This document shows, piece after piece, positions 1-14,454 of a DNA stretch of 64,000 nt; positions within the stretch are counted from its first letter, which is position 1; each line of letters begins with the position of its first letter. Below the pieces are notes generated by a model. The model saw only the letters and a program-made list of their open reading frames with translations. It was not told the DNA's origin and did no database searches. The translations under genes and the position numbers were made by a program. Source of the DNA: Vicugna vicugna (Eukaryota); the NCBI GenBank assembly GCA_013265495.1, contig MU058531.1, forward strand, positions 3,782,911-3,846,910, given 5' to 3'.

Positions 1-100
1 GTCAATGGACATTCGATATCGTAGACTTCAACATTTGCTTGAAAAAAGCAATATCTACTCCAAATTTTTATTGACTAAAATGGAACAGCAACAATTAGAG
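1..100 (+). CDS. HELLS: HELLS exon 3 (5'-truncated by window)
   Basis: Frame from base 2 reads [33 protein letters not shown], matching the HELLS N-terminal coiled-coil; GT donor at 101. Confidence 0.95.
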
Positions 101-729
101 GTATGTGATTGATTACAGCTATCATAGCTTGCATTTTTTATAAAACAGCTTTATTGACATACAAATTACATACAATTAAACGCACGTATTTTAAGGTTAG
201 AGTTGGATGAGTTTTGACCTGTGTAACCACCAGCACAGTCAAGGTAAAGAACATTTCTATATCACTCTGAAAAGTTCCCTTTTCAGTGATCTTCACACCT
301 AGCCCCGGAAAACCACTGATTTCTGTCACTATAGATTAATTTTCTAAAATATTACATAAATGGAATCGTATGATAAGCACTTTTTGTGTCTCGCTTCTTT
401 TGCTCAGCATATTTTGAGACTCACTTACGTGTGTTTATTTAGTAGATCATTTTTATTCCTGAGAAGCATTCCACTGTATGAATATATCAATGTTTATTTT
501 TCTAGTCACCTGTTGACTCATTTTCATCCTGTCCAGTGGTGTTTTTTGGATGCTAGGAATTGTGAATTTTACATTGCTCAGTCCCCTTTTAAAGAATTGC
601 TTTATTAAAGTATAATTGATATACATAAAACTGTACATATTTAAAATGTATACCCATGAAGCCACCACAATCAGGATAATGACCATAACCATCAATTCCA
701 AAAAATTCTTCCTGTCCCCCCTTTTAAAT

Positions 730-1170
730 GAGATATTATTGACACATAACACTATTTTAGTTTCATGTGTACAATATGATTCAATATTTGTATAAGTTAT
801 AAAATGATCACCACAGTAAGTATAGTTAACATTGTCACTACATATCGTTCAAAAAAAAATTTTTTTTCTTAAGATGGGGACTTCTAAGATTTTACTCTCT
901 TAGCAATTTTCAAATATGCAATACAGTATTATTAAATATGGTCACCATGTTGAATAGTATGTCCTGATGACTTTAGTTTATAACTGAAAATCTGTACCCT
1001 TTGACTACCGCCCCAACCACAGATCTGTTCTCTGAATCTATGAGCTCTTTTTTTTTCTTTAAAGATTCCATATATGAGTGAGATGTGGTATTTGACTTCC
1101 CTTGTCTGACATATTTCACTTAGCATAATACCCTCAAGGTCCGCCCATATTTTTACAAATGGCAAGATTA
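730..1170 (-). mobile_element. L1 3' end fragment (old L1M type)
   Basis: Minus ORF 932-1165 resembles the L1 ORF2 C-terminus (WADLEGIMLSEICQT...ISLIYG) followed by L1 3'UTR-like sequence. Confidence 0.75.
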
Positions 1171-2439
1171 CTTATGGCTAAATTTCTGCCCGTTTTTAAT
1201 TCTCTTCCATCCCTCACTTCCTGTCTTTTCTCATATCCTGTCTTCATCATCGGATAGCTACTGGTCTCCTTTCTGTAATTAAAGATTTGTTTGCATTTTC
1301 TGTTGGTGGAAGGTTCTTTCAGCTTTTGTATGTCTGGAAAAGTCTTCATTTACCTTCATTTTTGAAAGATTTTCTCCTGGGTAGAGAATTTATTGATTTT
1401 CTTATTGCTTCCTCCCTCCCCCATGCAGTATTTTGATGATGTTTTACTGCCTTCCAGCTTATGTTGTTTCTGACAAAGGCAAAGTCCTCTTGATGCTCTA
1501 CAAGACTGTAAGAGTCTGGTTGCCTCTCTCAACCCCATTACCTTTCAGACCTTGTTCTGGGTGTGTTCCCTGCCTTTTGGGCCATTTTGCACTGGCTGTT
1601 TTCTTCTTGGAACCCTCCTCTCAATAGCTATCTGCCTGGCTTACTTCATCATCATCTTCAAGCTTTGGCTTAAAATTTTTCTCAGTGAGGCCTGCCCTGA
1701 CAACCTTAGTTACCTGGCACCTCCAGCCTCACACTTCTGATCCCTTTTACCTTGCTCAGTTCTCCCCATTGCATTTATCACCTAAGACTGTATAATTTAT
1801 TTATAGTCTGCTAGATTGTAGGAAGATTTGCTCAGTTAAGAGGCCTTTCCATTTTGGCTGACAGGAATGTTAACTGTTCTTGATCCCTTGTGAGCACAGG
1901 GATTGTTCATCTGCTTTCTCGTTGTTCTGTTCATGGCCGTGGTTTTCTCCTTCCACTCAAACTTATCAGTACTCAACCTGAGGACGCCACTACAGATCTT
2001 CAGCAGTTCTTCTGTGTGCAGCTCTCTCCTCTCTGGAATTTGACCCTGGTTTGCTAGCTCCTCTGAGTTCTGCACACTATCTCCCTGACGCAGGGAGACT
2101 GTTGAGCTTTATTTGGGTTCTCCCTCCTTTATGTGCACTTGGAAATTGTCTCCAGGCTGTAAGCGGGACAATCAGAAGATTCACCTCATTGTTTCCCTTC
2201 TGTCAGTGTTTACTATTCTTTGCTGCATGTTGTCTCAAAGATATATTTTATCTAGATTTTAGTTGCTTAAGGCAGGATGGTCAATCTGCTTTCTGTTAGT
2301 CCGTAAAGGTTTGAAGTGCAAATTCTTCCTCGTTTTTAAATTTTTATGGTTTCTTCATTGCGAACTTAAGTTATTTGAGATGTGCTTTTCATACTTTGCA
2401 TTTTCTATTTGTGATATTAAGAAGAAATTATCTTAACAG

Positions 2440-2496
2440 GAACAGAAGAAGAAAGAGAAATTGGAGAGAAAAAAGGAATCTTTAAAAGTTACTAAG
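2440..2496 (+). CDS. HELLS: HELLS exon 4
   Basis: AG/GT bounded, 57 nt, EQKKKEKLERKKESLKVTK. Confidence 0.93.
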
Positions 2497-3237
2497 GTAA
2501 TATATAGTAAGCTAGAATATTTTGTATACATACATTACCTTAAATATTGAAGATATTCTTTTGAATTCTTTTGACTATTGATTATCTATTTAATTTTAAC
2601 CTTTATCTGACAACCTATCTTTGTTGACTGTTCCTATGCAACTCTATAAAATCTATTTCTCAGTATTTTAGATATGGGAGAAGAGCTAAACTATGACCCC
2701 TTCAATTTCTTATCCTGTGGACTATTTTTCATAATAGTAAAGTTTTACTTTCTTACCTGGGAAAAATCTGCAAATATTTTACACCTCAAGGCATTTTATA
2801 AGTGGCCAGCTCTTTTGGAGCCTGTAATGATTACTCTTCTTTATGCCTCCAACCTTATCACGTCATCTTGTAGCCTTAACAATAATCTCAATTTGTATCT
2901 GCAGCAGTGGAACCAAAATTAAAACAGATAATACATATGATAATAGCAGCTCAGATAGAACATTCACTAGGGATAGTGAATTGTAGATGTGATCTTCTTT
3001 GGGAATATATTTTAACATGAGGCTGTTTAATGCCATATTGGTAAGGATTGTACAAACAACACTGGTGCTAGTAATAAGAGAAATAAGAAAGGTAACATTT
3101 ATTGAGTACTTACTATGTGTCAGGGATTGTTCTAAGCTTTACATGTTTTTAACTAATTCTCAAAGCAGCTCTGTTAAGTAGGAATACTGTTATTATCACC
3201 ATTTACATACAAATAAGCTAATGCAAGGAGATAAAGT

Positions 3238-3875
3238 GCAGTCCATCCTCCTTATTTATAGATTCTGTTTTTGCCAATTAGCCTACTTGCTAAAATTTAT
3301 TTGTAACCCCAAAATCAATAGTTGTGTTTTTGTGGTCATTTACAGACATGTGCATGTGCACAATGGCAAAAAATTTGAGTCTCCCAATATGCACATTCCC
3401 AGCTGAGGTCAGACAAGGCAGTCTGTCTTATTTATCACACTATAAACAAGAGTCTTTTTCATGGCCTATTTAATGCCATGATTTTTGCATTTTTGTGGTT
3501 TTGGTGATTTGCTGTTGAAAAGGACTGTCAGCCACATTGTGCTGAACTACTGTCTAGTGTTTCTAATGCAGGAAGGCTGTGATGTGCCTCATGAAGAAAA
3601 TATGTGTGTTAGATACGCTTCCTTCAGGTATGAGTTACAGTGCTGTTGGCCCTGAGTTCAGTGTTAATCCGCATATATTTTAAGTGAGATGTTTTTAAAC
3701 AACAACACACATAAAACAGGGTTATGTATTGATCAGTTGTTGAAGGTGTGACCATTGGCTTGCAGGAACTTAAACTTGTATTTCTTCTAGATGCACTGAC
3801 TCAGTGTTCACTAATTCAGGGGTCACAGTGACTTTATAGAATACAACTTTATAGATTCATAATCGTGAATGAGAA
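3238..3875. mobile_element. TcMar-Tigger non-autonomous DNA transposon (MER82-like)
   Basis: Recalled consensus blocks: gcctacttgctaaaatttatttgtaaccccaaaatcaata; aaggctgtgatgtgcc; cacacataaaacagggttatgtattgatc. Confidence 0.7.
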
Positions 3876-4336
3876 AGGTCACATATCTAATAAATAGTAA
3901 TGCCAGGATTTGAACCCAGGATTAGTTTCAGATCCCATACTTGTATACTAAACTGCCTTTATTAGAAAATATCAAAATGTCAATAGGAAAAATAGGTAGG
4001 ATATCTTTTAAGCCCAGTTACTTGATTCTTAGTGTGGTTAGTGGTGATATTTAAGTACCTAATAGATAACTTTGCAAAAAAAAAGCAGTTATTGAAAACT
4101 GATGTTTGACTAATCTGCGAATTCGAGGGACTTATTTTGGGTTTTTGAAGAACATACCTACTTAAAGATAATTTTCCTGGCTTAAGCATTTACTCACTAT
4201 ACTTCAACCTTTGGACTTAGTCCAGCTAACTTTACTTTCACCCAGCTAACTTTTTATACCAGGTTTTGGTTTTTTCCTCTTTGTTCTAAAAAATGTTAAA
4301 TATTGCCTACTCCATTTCCCTGGTCTCTTTTGGTTG

Positions 4337-4471
4337 TTTTTTTTTTTTTTTTTTTGAGGAGGGGGTTGAATTAGGTTTATTTATTTATTTTTGGAGGAGG
4401 TATGGGGGACTGAACCCAGGACCGTATGCATGCTAAGCATGCACTCTACCACTTGAGCTATACTCACCCCT
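4337..4471 (-). mobile_element. tRNA-derived SINE (Vic-1-like, camelid)
   Basis: Reverse strand shows A-box (tagctcaagtggtagag), B-box (ggttcagtccc), aataaataaacctaa and poly-A tail. Confidence 0.85.
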
Positions 4472-5054
4472 CCTGGTAGTTTCTTTTTTAATCCTTTAAA
4501 TTTTTTACTTTATTTTAAAATTTACCTTATTTTTTCATTGTTTTGATTTTTCATACATGTTGTCTACTTTTTCTTTTCCAGCTTTCGTTTAGAAACTTTA
4601 TTTTTGGACATCTCTTTCTTTCCCTTAACTCCCCTCACTAATATTTTTTCAGTTAGTATTCTCTTTTATGTTTGTTTTCAGTTGTATTTAACTTATAAGT
4701 TGTACTGAAAATGAGTACTCCTTTCATACCATGCCCAATGAATATCTTCAGCATAAACATACAGTTAGAGAAGATATACATGGAAATTTCAAAATAAAAA
4801 TACCTTCTCTGTTTAATTTTGAAGTTTCTCTTACATGGAAGAAAACTGAGGAAGTAGGGTCTTTGGGAGAGAGATGTGGTTACAAACAAGTTATAGTAGG
4901 GAAATACAGAAAAAGGTTACATATTGGTAAATATAATAGTGAAGAGTTGTGGATTTGGTGCAACTTCAAAGAACATTTACCTAATCAATGCCTTTGAACA
5001 TGTAATACCATAGAAGTCTTTAAGGAAATAATAGTCTAAATCCTTGTTTTGTAG

Positions 5055-5091
5055 GGTAAAAATTCCATGGGTGTAAGTGAGGAGAATACAG
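5055..5091 (+). CDS. HELLS: HELLS exon 5
   Basis: AG/GT bounded, 37 nt, GKNSMGVSEENT, phase 1 end. Confidence 0.88.
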
Positions 5092-5177
5092 GTAAATTTC
5101 CTTTTCTAGTTTTGAAGAATATATGTTAATATTTTTGCTTTAATTACTATCAAAAATAAAATGGTCTTTTTTTATAG

Positions 5178-5242
5178 TTATGAGAAAGAAAAGAGGAAGA
5201 GAAGATGAATCATACAATATTTCAGAGGTCATGTCAAAAGAG
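5178..5242 (+). CDS. HELLS: HELLS exon 6
   Basis: 65 nt, (V)MRKKRGREDESYNISEVMSKE with basic NLS-like stretch. Confidence 0.93.
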
Positions 5243-5919
5243 GTAAAAATAAAGGGGGAAGGGCACATAAGATTTGATGTTGAGTAAAACCTACTGTGGG
5301 TTTTGAACCACATTAAAGCTGTATTGATTACTGTTGCTTCACCTGGCTTTTCAGCCAGATAAGTGTTTTAGGGAAGAAGATGGCACCGTCTTCCTGTTTG
5401 TTAAAGAAGCATGAGCTTGGCCTAATCAGAAATGATTATAACTCTTTGTAACCTCAAAACCATATCTTAAGAACTTTGTTCCTTGTTTGAAGACCATTAA
5501 GAAACTAAAATCATAAATTCATTTCTAAAACCAGATCCTTTTTTCACCTTATTGGTGCCTTATTAAATAGAAATTAATTAAAGAGCATCTTCAATTATGA
5601 TAGACCCTAAATATTCTTTAGTCATAATTTAACGTCTTATTCTTATATTTTAAATAATTTTAAACTTTTTACCTGCTACATTTTTCTTTTACCTGAAACT
5701 CAAACTCTTTTCATCTTTATAAAGTATAAAATATATTGGCTTTACTGTAGAGATATACTTTGATATTTTCCCTTTTTTTTCCATTTAAAAATAATAGTTA
5801 GGACCCACTTAATTTATTATGGAGTACACTCAGCCTGCAGTTTGGAAAACACTATTAATGACATGTATTGAAGTTTAGCTAAGCACATAGCTGTTATTTT
5901 ACTTATTTATTTTTCGTTT

Positions 5920-6115
5920 TTCATTGACATGTAGTGATTTACAATGTTTGTTTCAGGGGTGTAGCAAAGCAGTTCAGTAATATATCTATATATACACACA
6001 CATTTTCAAATTCTTTTCCATTATAGCTTATTGTAAGAAATTGAATATAGTTCCCTGTGCTATAAAATAGGTCCTTGTTTTATATACTATTTTATATAGT
6101 AGTATGTATCTGTTA
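5920..6115 (-). mobile_element. L1 3'UTR fragment
   Basis: ttgaatatagttccctgtgctata motif shared with other L1 tails in the window. Confidence 0.75.
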
Positions 6116-7725
6116 CATAGCTGTTATTTTAATTGATCAAATGTGTGTGGCATATCTGCTATGGGCAAACTTTTCTAAGTTGATGAGATCGATTAGTAAA
6201 GAAAGGGAATCACTGTCTTTGCCTTAAGCTATATCCAGTGAGAACTATTTAGAAGTAAGTAGTCAAATATAATTGGAAAACTGAATGCTTTTGAGTATAG
6301 AAAGAGAAGGCTCTTAACTCAGGCATGAGGTTCATAAAAATTTCATCGAGGAAGATGAGACATGAGGGATAAAAGTTAAATCATTTAAAAGTGAGGGTGG
6401 GTTAACAGAGAAATAGTAAGCTACAGGGAAGATAATGGGGAAGTGTTCTAGGAAGAGAGAACTTTTGACAAATGTCCAGAGGCAGGAAAGATCCCCGCAA
6501 ATTCAAAAAACTTAAATTTGGCTCCAGTTTGTAAACGAAAGAGTGGTGAAGGATGTGGAGGTAAGCAGGTTCAGGAGTTTAGAAGGTTTAATTTTTAAAA
6601 AGAATACTTCATAGTTGGTATTGTTTGTTTGATTCATTCACAAATTGTTCTCCAAAAAGATTCAGCTTATCTGATCATTTTAAATGACGACTCTTCTATC
6701 CATTCTTTATATAAAATACCTTCAACCTCAGAATATGAATGTCTATACTTATATACTTTACATGTACATATGAAACATTATACTGTATATATTTATGTGG
6801 CTGTCAGCCACTTACACATCTTGTCATTCATCTGTGTATCTCAAATTTGAGATATGCTTAAAGTTTCTTGAATGTATCAACTATTTCATACCCCTTGTCC
6901 TCTGCACATGCTGTTCTTTCTGCTTGAAATGTCCCCTACCTAACTTTGTCTTTAATGATTATGCCCTGATTATAACTTTTCCTGATAATTTGATGTCATA
7001 TAATACCCTCCTAAGTTACCAGGGACACTCATATATTGCTTGTCTCCTTTCCCTTAGCATTTAGTAAGTAATTGAGAATCAGAACACTTTTATTCTGTTT
7101 TTAATGTGTTTGCAATTCTGAGCAAGACGCAAAGACAAACTCAGATGTCTCTCCAGAGGCCTAAAGTGGGCTGAAGTTGGGACTGTAATATTTGGGAGTA
7201 AATCCTTGAATGATGGGAGTAACCACAACTTGACTTTAGAACTTTTTCTGTAAACGTTTTTTGACTTTGAGTAGTTTTGTGGATAACTAACCAACCCTGA
7301 ACTTTGCAGCCATAGACAAACTGAACAAAAGAGCCTGACTTTGTTCTAAATTAAACTATTTAGTTATTTATATATATAGGTTGCCAGCTGGAGTTGGTCC
7401 ACAGGCTATAGTTTGCTAACCTCTGTACTGGAGGACTGTGTGAATTTGGATTTATTCAGATAAACTTCAATTTAAAAAAAAATGGAAAATACAGGAGTAA
7501 ATATCCCAATTTTTAAGTGCTGCTAATGTATTTAGAATTTCATAGACACTGTAGGCTTAATTTTGTCTGAGGTCCACCAGTTTTATTCCTTTATATTTTA
7601 ATTGCCTTGAGAGCCTTATTCCCATTTCCTAGCATGAAATCAGAACAAGAGTAAGTGTTTGTTGAATAGATAAATGAGTGAACTACATACATTGTTACTT
7701 TGTTTTTGTTTTCTCAATGATCTAG

Positions 7726-7767
7726 GAAATTTTATCTGTGGCTAAGAAAAGTAAAAAGGAGAATGAG
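7726..7767 (+). CDS. HELLS: HELLS exon 7
   Basis: 42 nt, EILSVAKKSKKENE, AG/GT bounded. Confidence 0.92.
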
Positions 7768-8631
7768 GTAAGAAATTTATAATAGATATTAAATTTAGGA
7801 GTCATAATTTGCTTCCCTGATCATTAGGCTCTTTTCTTTTTATCACCAGTGTACATTTTTTTCTCACTAGTTATCCTGTATCTTAGCTTTAAAAAAATAT
7901 ACCCATTTGCTTTTTTATCTTAACATGCTTCTTTCTTATATATCATGTTCTACTTCATGTTCTTAATGTGTGAATATTAATTTTGGGTCTTTGGGATCTA
8001 GCAATTATGCAAGTAACTGTAACCATATGGATATATACACTCCACATGTATATATTCCATAGTATGTGGAAACCCTGGGGAGTACTTCAATCTTGTTCCT
8101 GGCCTTAAAAGATTTCTTTGGCTCTGTTTGGGAAGGCTTGATCAAGACTTGGTATTCCCCTGCCAGCCCCATTTTATGTAGAGAGGTTTCTAGTTATCTG
8201 AGTATTATCCAAGACCCTACAATTATAAGATTTATTCTTTATTCAGTATAAGGTTTATGATGCAGTTATAACCCAGCCATGTTAAATGTAAATAAGATTA
8301 AGTAAGCATATTTTAATAAATAATTTAGTTGCATTTTTAAAGATAAAATCCAATCTACTACCACAATTTACTGTGGAATTGACCACATTGTAAAATATAC
8401 AATAAATAAACATACTGATCTTGTGTTCATTCTGATGAATTTTGACAAATGTATATATACATCTGTGTAACCACCATCCAAATCAGTTTTTCATTATGGT
8501 AGAAGGATCCTTTGTATCCCTTTCCAGTCACTTCCTCACCCCAAACCAAAAGGTAACTGCTTTTTTGACTTCTACCACAGACTGGTTTTGCCTGATTTTT
8601 TTTCTTAAACTTCCATCATAATCTAGTTTTC

Positions 8632-8776
8632 TTTCTTTCTTTCTTTCTTTTTTTAGGGGAAGAGGTACCTAGGTTTATTTATTTACTTATTTTTTTTAAG
8701 TGGAGTTACTGGGGATTGAACCTAGGACCTTGTGCATGCTAGGCAGGCACTCTACCACTGAGCTATCTCCTCCCCC
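8632..8776 (-). mobile_element. tRNA-derived SINE (Vic-1-like) with TSD
   Basis: A/B boxes on the reverse strand; TSD aatctagttttc at 8620-8631 and 8781-8792. Confidence 0.9.
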
Positions 8777-8799
8777 TCACAATCTAGTTTTCATACAAA

Positions 8800-9770
8800 T
8801 GAAGTATAAATATGTATTCTCTTATTTCGTGCTACTTTCCAGTCAGCGTTGTTGATAATCATTTATGTTATTAAGTTTATTACTAGTTGGTTTCTTTTTA
8901 TTACTGAGGAGTATTCCATTGAATATTATAATTTCTTTATCCATTCTCTTCGTGGACATTTGGATTATTTCCAGTTTGTGACAATGAATGAAGTTGTTAG
9001 GATAATTTGTGTAAAAGATCTTTATGTGGATGTGTTTTCATATTTCATATTTTCATGTTTGGATATACCTGGGAATAGAATTGCTGGGTCATATGGTAAA
9101 TGTAGTTAAACTACTTTATAAGAAAGTTCAAATCTTTTTAAAAAGTGAACACACCATTTTACTCTGACAGTGTATAAAGGTTTCAGTTCATATTATTGCC
9201 GGCATTTCATGTTGTTAGTCTTTTTTAATTTTAACCATAATATGTAATACGAAATGAATCCTGTGTGGTTTTATTTTGTATTTTCTTAAATACTAATGTA
9301 GAGTTTGTTTTCATGTTTGTAATGGCTATTTGTATGTTTTGCAAAGTTTCTGTTCATAATTTTGCCCAGTTATTGGGTTGTCTTTTTGTTGATATATGAG
9401 TTTTTTAATCTTATCAGTGTCAGATCTGTGTACTGTATTTTCTTTCAGTTTGTGTCCTGCCTACTCATTTTCTTAATTGTATCTTTTAATAAGCAGAAAA
9501 TTTTAAATTTTGTAATTGCCCAATTTAGTACTTTTTCTTTTGGTGGTTAGTGCTTTTTTTGTCTTTTATAGATATTTGTCTATCTCAAGGTTATCAAGAT
9601 ATTCCGTTTTCTTCTAAAAACTTTATGGTTCAGGGTTTGATGTTTAGGTATATGATTTCATCACAAATTTTATGTATGGAATGGTAAAACTCAAGTTTCA
9701 TATTTTTCCAGTTGAATATTCAGTTGTGGCATCATTTATAAGACTTCCCTTTGAACTGACTTAATTCTTG
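8800..9770 (-). mobile_element. Old L1M ORF2/3' fragment
   Basis: Antisense L1-type motifs (gaattgctgggtcatatggtaa; ggacatttggattatttccag), decayed. Confidence 0.6.
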
Positions 9771-10341
9771 TTTTATTACATTCTTAAAATGGAATTGTGG
9801 ATATAGCTCACCAGTAAAATCTGTCATTGGTCATAAGTTGGTGCTTTGTCAACAAACATAAACTGACACTCTTATGTTTGATGTAGTGAGTTTTTAAACT
9901 GTATTTACTTTGCCCCTTTCTCTGTAGTCAAAGTAATTACTTAGGTGGAAGTAAATGTTTATATGTTCCTTGAAAATAATTTTTTTAAATAGCATTATCT
10001 GTTACCTTTGCTATGGGTGAAGGAAATTATTAAGAAGACAGTTTTTTCTTGGGTAAATTCCTGGGTAAATTTGAAATGGATGTACATTTGTAAAGGTCAT
10101 TTCAAAAGTGTGCACCTATTATTTGTAAGAGTTATTTTCAGAAAAAATTTTTTTTTCAGTGGCTTTGCATTTGTTGGGGAATGGAAGTAACTTTGGGGTT
10201 TCAGTCAACATAATGGTTTTTTTTCTTATTACTCAGTGATTATAGGATTGAACAATTTGATTAGTAGTTACATTTTCTGATTAATGGAGGGTAGTAGCAT
10301 TATTACATATTAAACTTCTAATCAAACTTTTTTCTTTACAG

Positions 10342-10566
10342 AATGAAAGCTCCTCTTCTAATCTCTGTGTAGAAGATCTTCAGAAAAACAAGGATTCAAA
10401 TAGCATAATTAAAGATAGATTATCTCAAACGGTTAGGCAAAATACTAAATTCTTTTTTGACCCAGTTCGGAAATGTAATGGACAGCCAGTACCCTTTCAG
10501 CAACCAAAACACTTCACGGGAGGAGTGATGCGATGGTACCAAGTGGAAGGCATGGAATGGCTCAGG
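10342..10566 (+). CDS. HELLS: HELLS exon 8
   Basis: 225 nt, [13 protein letters not shown]...[23 protein letters not shown] (Q motif). Confidence 0.95.
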
Positions 10567-10912
10567 GTAATGAATCCCCAGTTTTAAATAAGACATTGGT
10601 TCACTTCTATGTAATAACCTATTAGTATAATACAACTTGAGTTATTCCTTTCATGTTTTACTATTATATATAAAACAAACATCTCTGTGTAAATATTTAT
10701 TTTCTGATTTATTTCCCCAGAGTAAATTTTCAGAAGTGAAAAATTATGTTATTCAAGGCTACCAACATTTTTATGGCTTTGATAACCAACTTCCCATGTT
10801 AATATGACTTAAACTGACTATATCAGTCTCATCATAAGTAAAAGAAAGAATCTTGCTAATTTGACAGGTGTTTATATTAACATTTAAATACAGTGTATAT
10901 TATTTTGTCCAG

Positions 10913-11095
10913 ATGCTTTGGGAAAATGGAATTAATGGCATTTTAGCAGATGAAATGGGATTGGGAAAGACAGTTCAGTGCATTGCTACAATTGCACTGA
11001 TGATTCAGAGAGGAGTACCTGGACCATTCCTCGTCTGTGGCCCTTTATCTACACTTCCTAACTGGATGGCTGAATTCCAAAGATTTACACCAGAA
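10913..11095 (+). CDS. HELLS: HELLS exon 9 (Walker A)
   Basis: 183 nt, [22 protein letters not shown]...FQRFTPE. Confidence 0.97.
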
Positions 11096-11696
11096 GTAAG
11101 AAGTTTCCTTTTCTTAAATATATTATCATTATGAATTTTTGTTTTGTTACCTGAATTATAGATTTCTTACTATAATTATATTGATTTCTGTTTAAGCACT
11201 GAATCTTATATGACTTACCTTTCAATCTCAGCAATACCTACTTTTATATAGAAGAATGGGTGTCAGTAATCTTGGACATCTTGCCAAGAATATCCCTGGA
11301 TGACTTTTATTTAGTGCATTGAAAAATTTGATTCACCTGAGACAGACCTAGGTAGAATTTATTTTTTAATTCTGTTCATCCTTATAATGGTGTTTTCCTT
11401 CCATATATATGTGTTTTAGCCACATCCTTGCCTTATGAGAAATACATATTCCAGAAATAACTTTTCCATCTTCCTTACGTGTACTTAATTTGTTTTTATG
11501 ACTTTTTTATTCTCCTATAGTAGCCGAATAATTTATTAGAATTGATTGACTCATTTTGTTACAGAAAAATGGAACTAAGCTTGGGTTAAATTATATTTTT
11601 TTCTCTCAGAAATGATTAATTTTATATTTTCCATATCGTTGTTATTTACATTTTTCTCTAAAGTTTGTTACAAATTAATATAAAATCTTTTATTAG

Positions 11697-11840
11697 ATTC
11701 CTACTATGTTGTATCATGGGGCCCAGCAAGAACGTCGAAAATTGGTAAAGCATATTCACAAACGGAAAGGGACTCTGCAGATTCATCCTGTTGTGATCAC
11801 TTCATTTGAAATAGCCATGAGAGACCGAAATGCATTACAG
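11697..11840 (+). CDS. HELLS: HELLS exon 10
   Basis: 144 nt, [17 protein letters not shown]...[13 protein letters not shown]. Confidence 0.96.
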
Positions 11841-12425
11841 GTACAAATGGTCTTCATTTGATTCTTTGTAATCCGTAAATCACATTTTTCTTAATTCATA
11901 ACTCTTTCTAACCATCCAGTAGCATTTGTTGAATTTTTTTTTCAGGTGGAAGCAATAGATTGTATTGTGCATATTCTTTTAGAAACTGGAGGTTTATATT
12001 AACAGATTGAGATGAAGATTGTATAGTCTCTAACAAGAAAATTAAAGCCTTTGTCCCTGTCTATATACATAACACCGTTTTAAATGTGTTAGAATCAGCC
12101 AAACATAGACTTAATCTGTGAATGTATTACAGATAATCTCTGACATATTCTTTTCATATATAGAACTTACTTATCTGTTTAATTTTAATTGATTGAATAT
12201 ATGAAGAAGTTATGTTTTTGCTATCTTATGAATCTACTAGGACATTTCCATATCTGTTTTTTGTATTGTAACTACTTATTTATTAGTGCCCAAATTACAA
12301 TGCAGTTGGAAAACTGACCTCTCATTGCCTCTATCAGTTTAGTTTTTGGTGGTTTGAACTTCTTCCTCACTGCTTCACCTACTTCACATACAGTTTTTTA
12401 CTGCTTTATTTTTCTCTCTGACCCG

Positions 12426-12645
12426 TACAGTTGAATGTTGAACAACATGGGTTGGGGTGTCAACCTTATGTACAGTTTAAAATCTGCATATATTTTATAG
12501 CTGGCCCTCCATATCCACAATTTCCAGATCTGTGGATTCAACCACTCGTGAATCATGTTGTACGATAGATAGTTTTCACTGTTGAAAAATATATGCACGT
12601 AAGTGGCCGCATACAGTTCAAACCTTGTGTTAAGAGGCAGCTGTA
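12426..12645. mobile_element. Tigger-family MITE (MER8/Tigger2-like)
   Basis: TA-flanked terminal inverted repeats tacagttga...ttgaacaac / ...cagctgta; internal ggattcaaccac motif. Confidence 0.65.
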
Positions 12646-14096
12646 CATCAAATTTTACTTGTGTGGTGGTAGAATTTTGGAATATGATTTGCAGTTATTT
12701 CTTCACAGTAAAGTAATAGATACTACTTGTAGAAAAAAGTAGCTTACAGAAATACTTAAAAGTATTTGTAATTCTACCTGAGAATAACTATTGTTAGCAT
12801 ATAGGTATAATGTATGCATAGGGTAAGACTTTACCTTGTTTATTAAAACACTGTTTTCTACTAAATAATAAAACATGAAGACCTTTCTAATATTTTGCTT
12901 TCCATCCCCAGCCCATATTGAAACAAACTTTTTTGTCAGTTACATTTATAAGTGGCTAGAATTTCTGTAATGTTCCCTTTCATTGAGCTTATATTATTTC
13001 AAGGATCCTAGCTTTAGGGGTTGATGGCATTTGGGGTGCAGGATTCCTATTCCTGAATGGGAGCAGAAGTATCTGAGTCTATTTACTATTTCATTTTTCA
13101 AATTCCTTATTGCTGTTCCATTGGATCTTCTCTTTTGCCTATTCATTTATGAAAGGTGTTTTATATTTTGTTTGGTTTTTTAATGTAGATGTCCTATTGG
13201 GAGAAATTACTCAAGCTGTTTGATTTGTTTGCCGTATTATCTGAAAAAGAAGTTCCAAGTTTTTTTTAATTAAAGAAGTCATAACATTATTTTAAAAATT
13301 TCTCTTTTCCATTCAGCTATGAATATATAACATAAATTGTCAAAGATGGCCCCGTTTCATACTCTTCCCCCAATTTACCAATCCTGTTATCCAAGGATAC
13401 CTTCTCTTTCCAGTTTGGTATTTATATTCCCCAGAAATAGTACATATTTCTCTTTTTTTACACTATAAGCTAGATCAACTTTAAGCTTGCCTGATCGAAA
13501 TAAAAGAGCACAGAGATTAAAATGAGAAGTTAAAACAATTTTCATGGCAGTAAATGGATGGCTCTCTTCAAAAATGTAAATTATTAAAATTAGCTCCAGA
13601 AGAAAGGGAAACCTAAACAACCAATAACTATGTAAGAAGTTGAAAACACCATCAGATTAAAGAGTGTCAGTCTCAGATGGGGCCTCGAGTGAAAATTCTA
13701 ATGCTATTTAATGTTTCAGAATATATAGAACTATATTAGTATTTCAGTTATTTTTTAGGACTCTAGGATAACACTAATACTTGACAAGGCATTAGAAAGG
13801 AGAACTACAGACTGCTTTGATTAAAGAATGTGAATGGTGAAATCTTAAATACATAAGACTGGGTAGACTTTAATTATTAGTTTAGGGCCAAGTGAGGTCT
13901 ATTTCAAGAACATAAGTACATACTAATTTTAGGAAATTAGTTTATTCTTTTAGTAGATCAGAGGAAAACATCATCTCAATAGGGGCAGAAATACCATTTG
14001 ATAAAAATGGACATACATTCCTAGTAAAGAGATTTTATTTTTAGGAAAAATTGTGGGAGCATCATATAAAAATATTTCCATGAATTCCTTTTCTAG

Positions 14097-14293
14097 CATT
14101 GCTATTGGAAATACTTAATAGTAGATGAAGGACACAGGATTAAGAACATGAAGTGCCGTCTGATCAGGGAGTTGAAACGATTCAATGCGGATAACAAACT
14201 TCTTTTGACTGGTACTCCTCTACAAAACAATTTATCAGAGCTTTGGTCATTACTAAACTTTTTGTTGCCAGATGTCTTTGATGACTTGAAAAG
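14097..14293 (+). CDS. HELLS: HELLS exon 11 (DEGH Walker B, motif III)
   Basis: 197 nt, [17 protein letters not shown]...[30 protein letters not shown]. Confidence 0.97.
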
Positions 14294-14454
14294 GTGCGTA
14301 AGCCAGTTATTTAATTATTTTCTGTGGTTTTCTAACCTTTTCAAAATCTGCTCATAGTTAAAATTAATTTCTTCTAGGTACCTGGATTAAAATGATAGCT
14401 TTTGGCAACTTTGTGGTATATATTATATGTTCTGTTCTTTTTATTTTTCTTTTT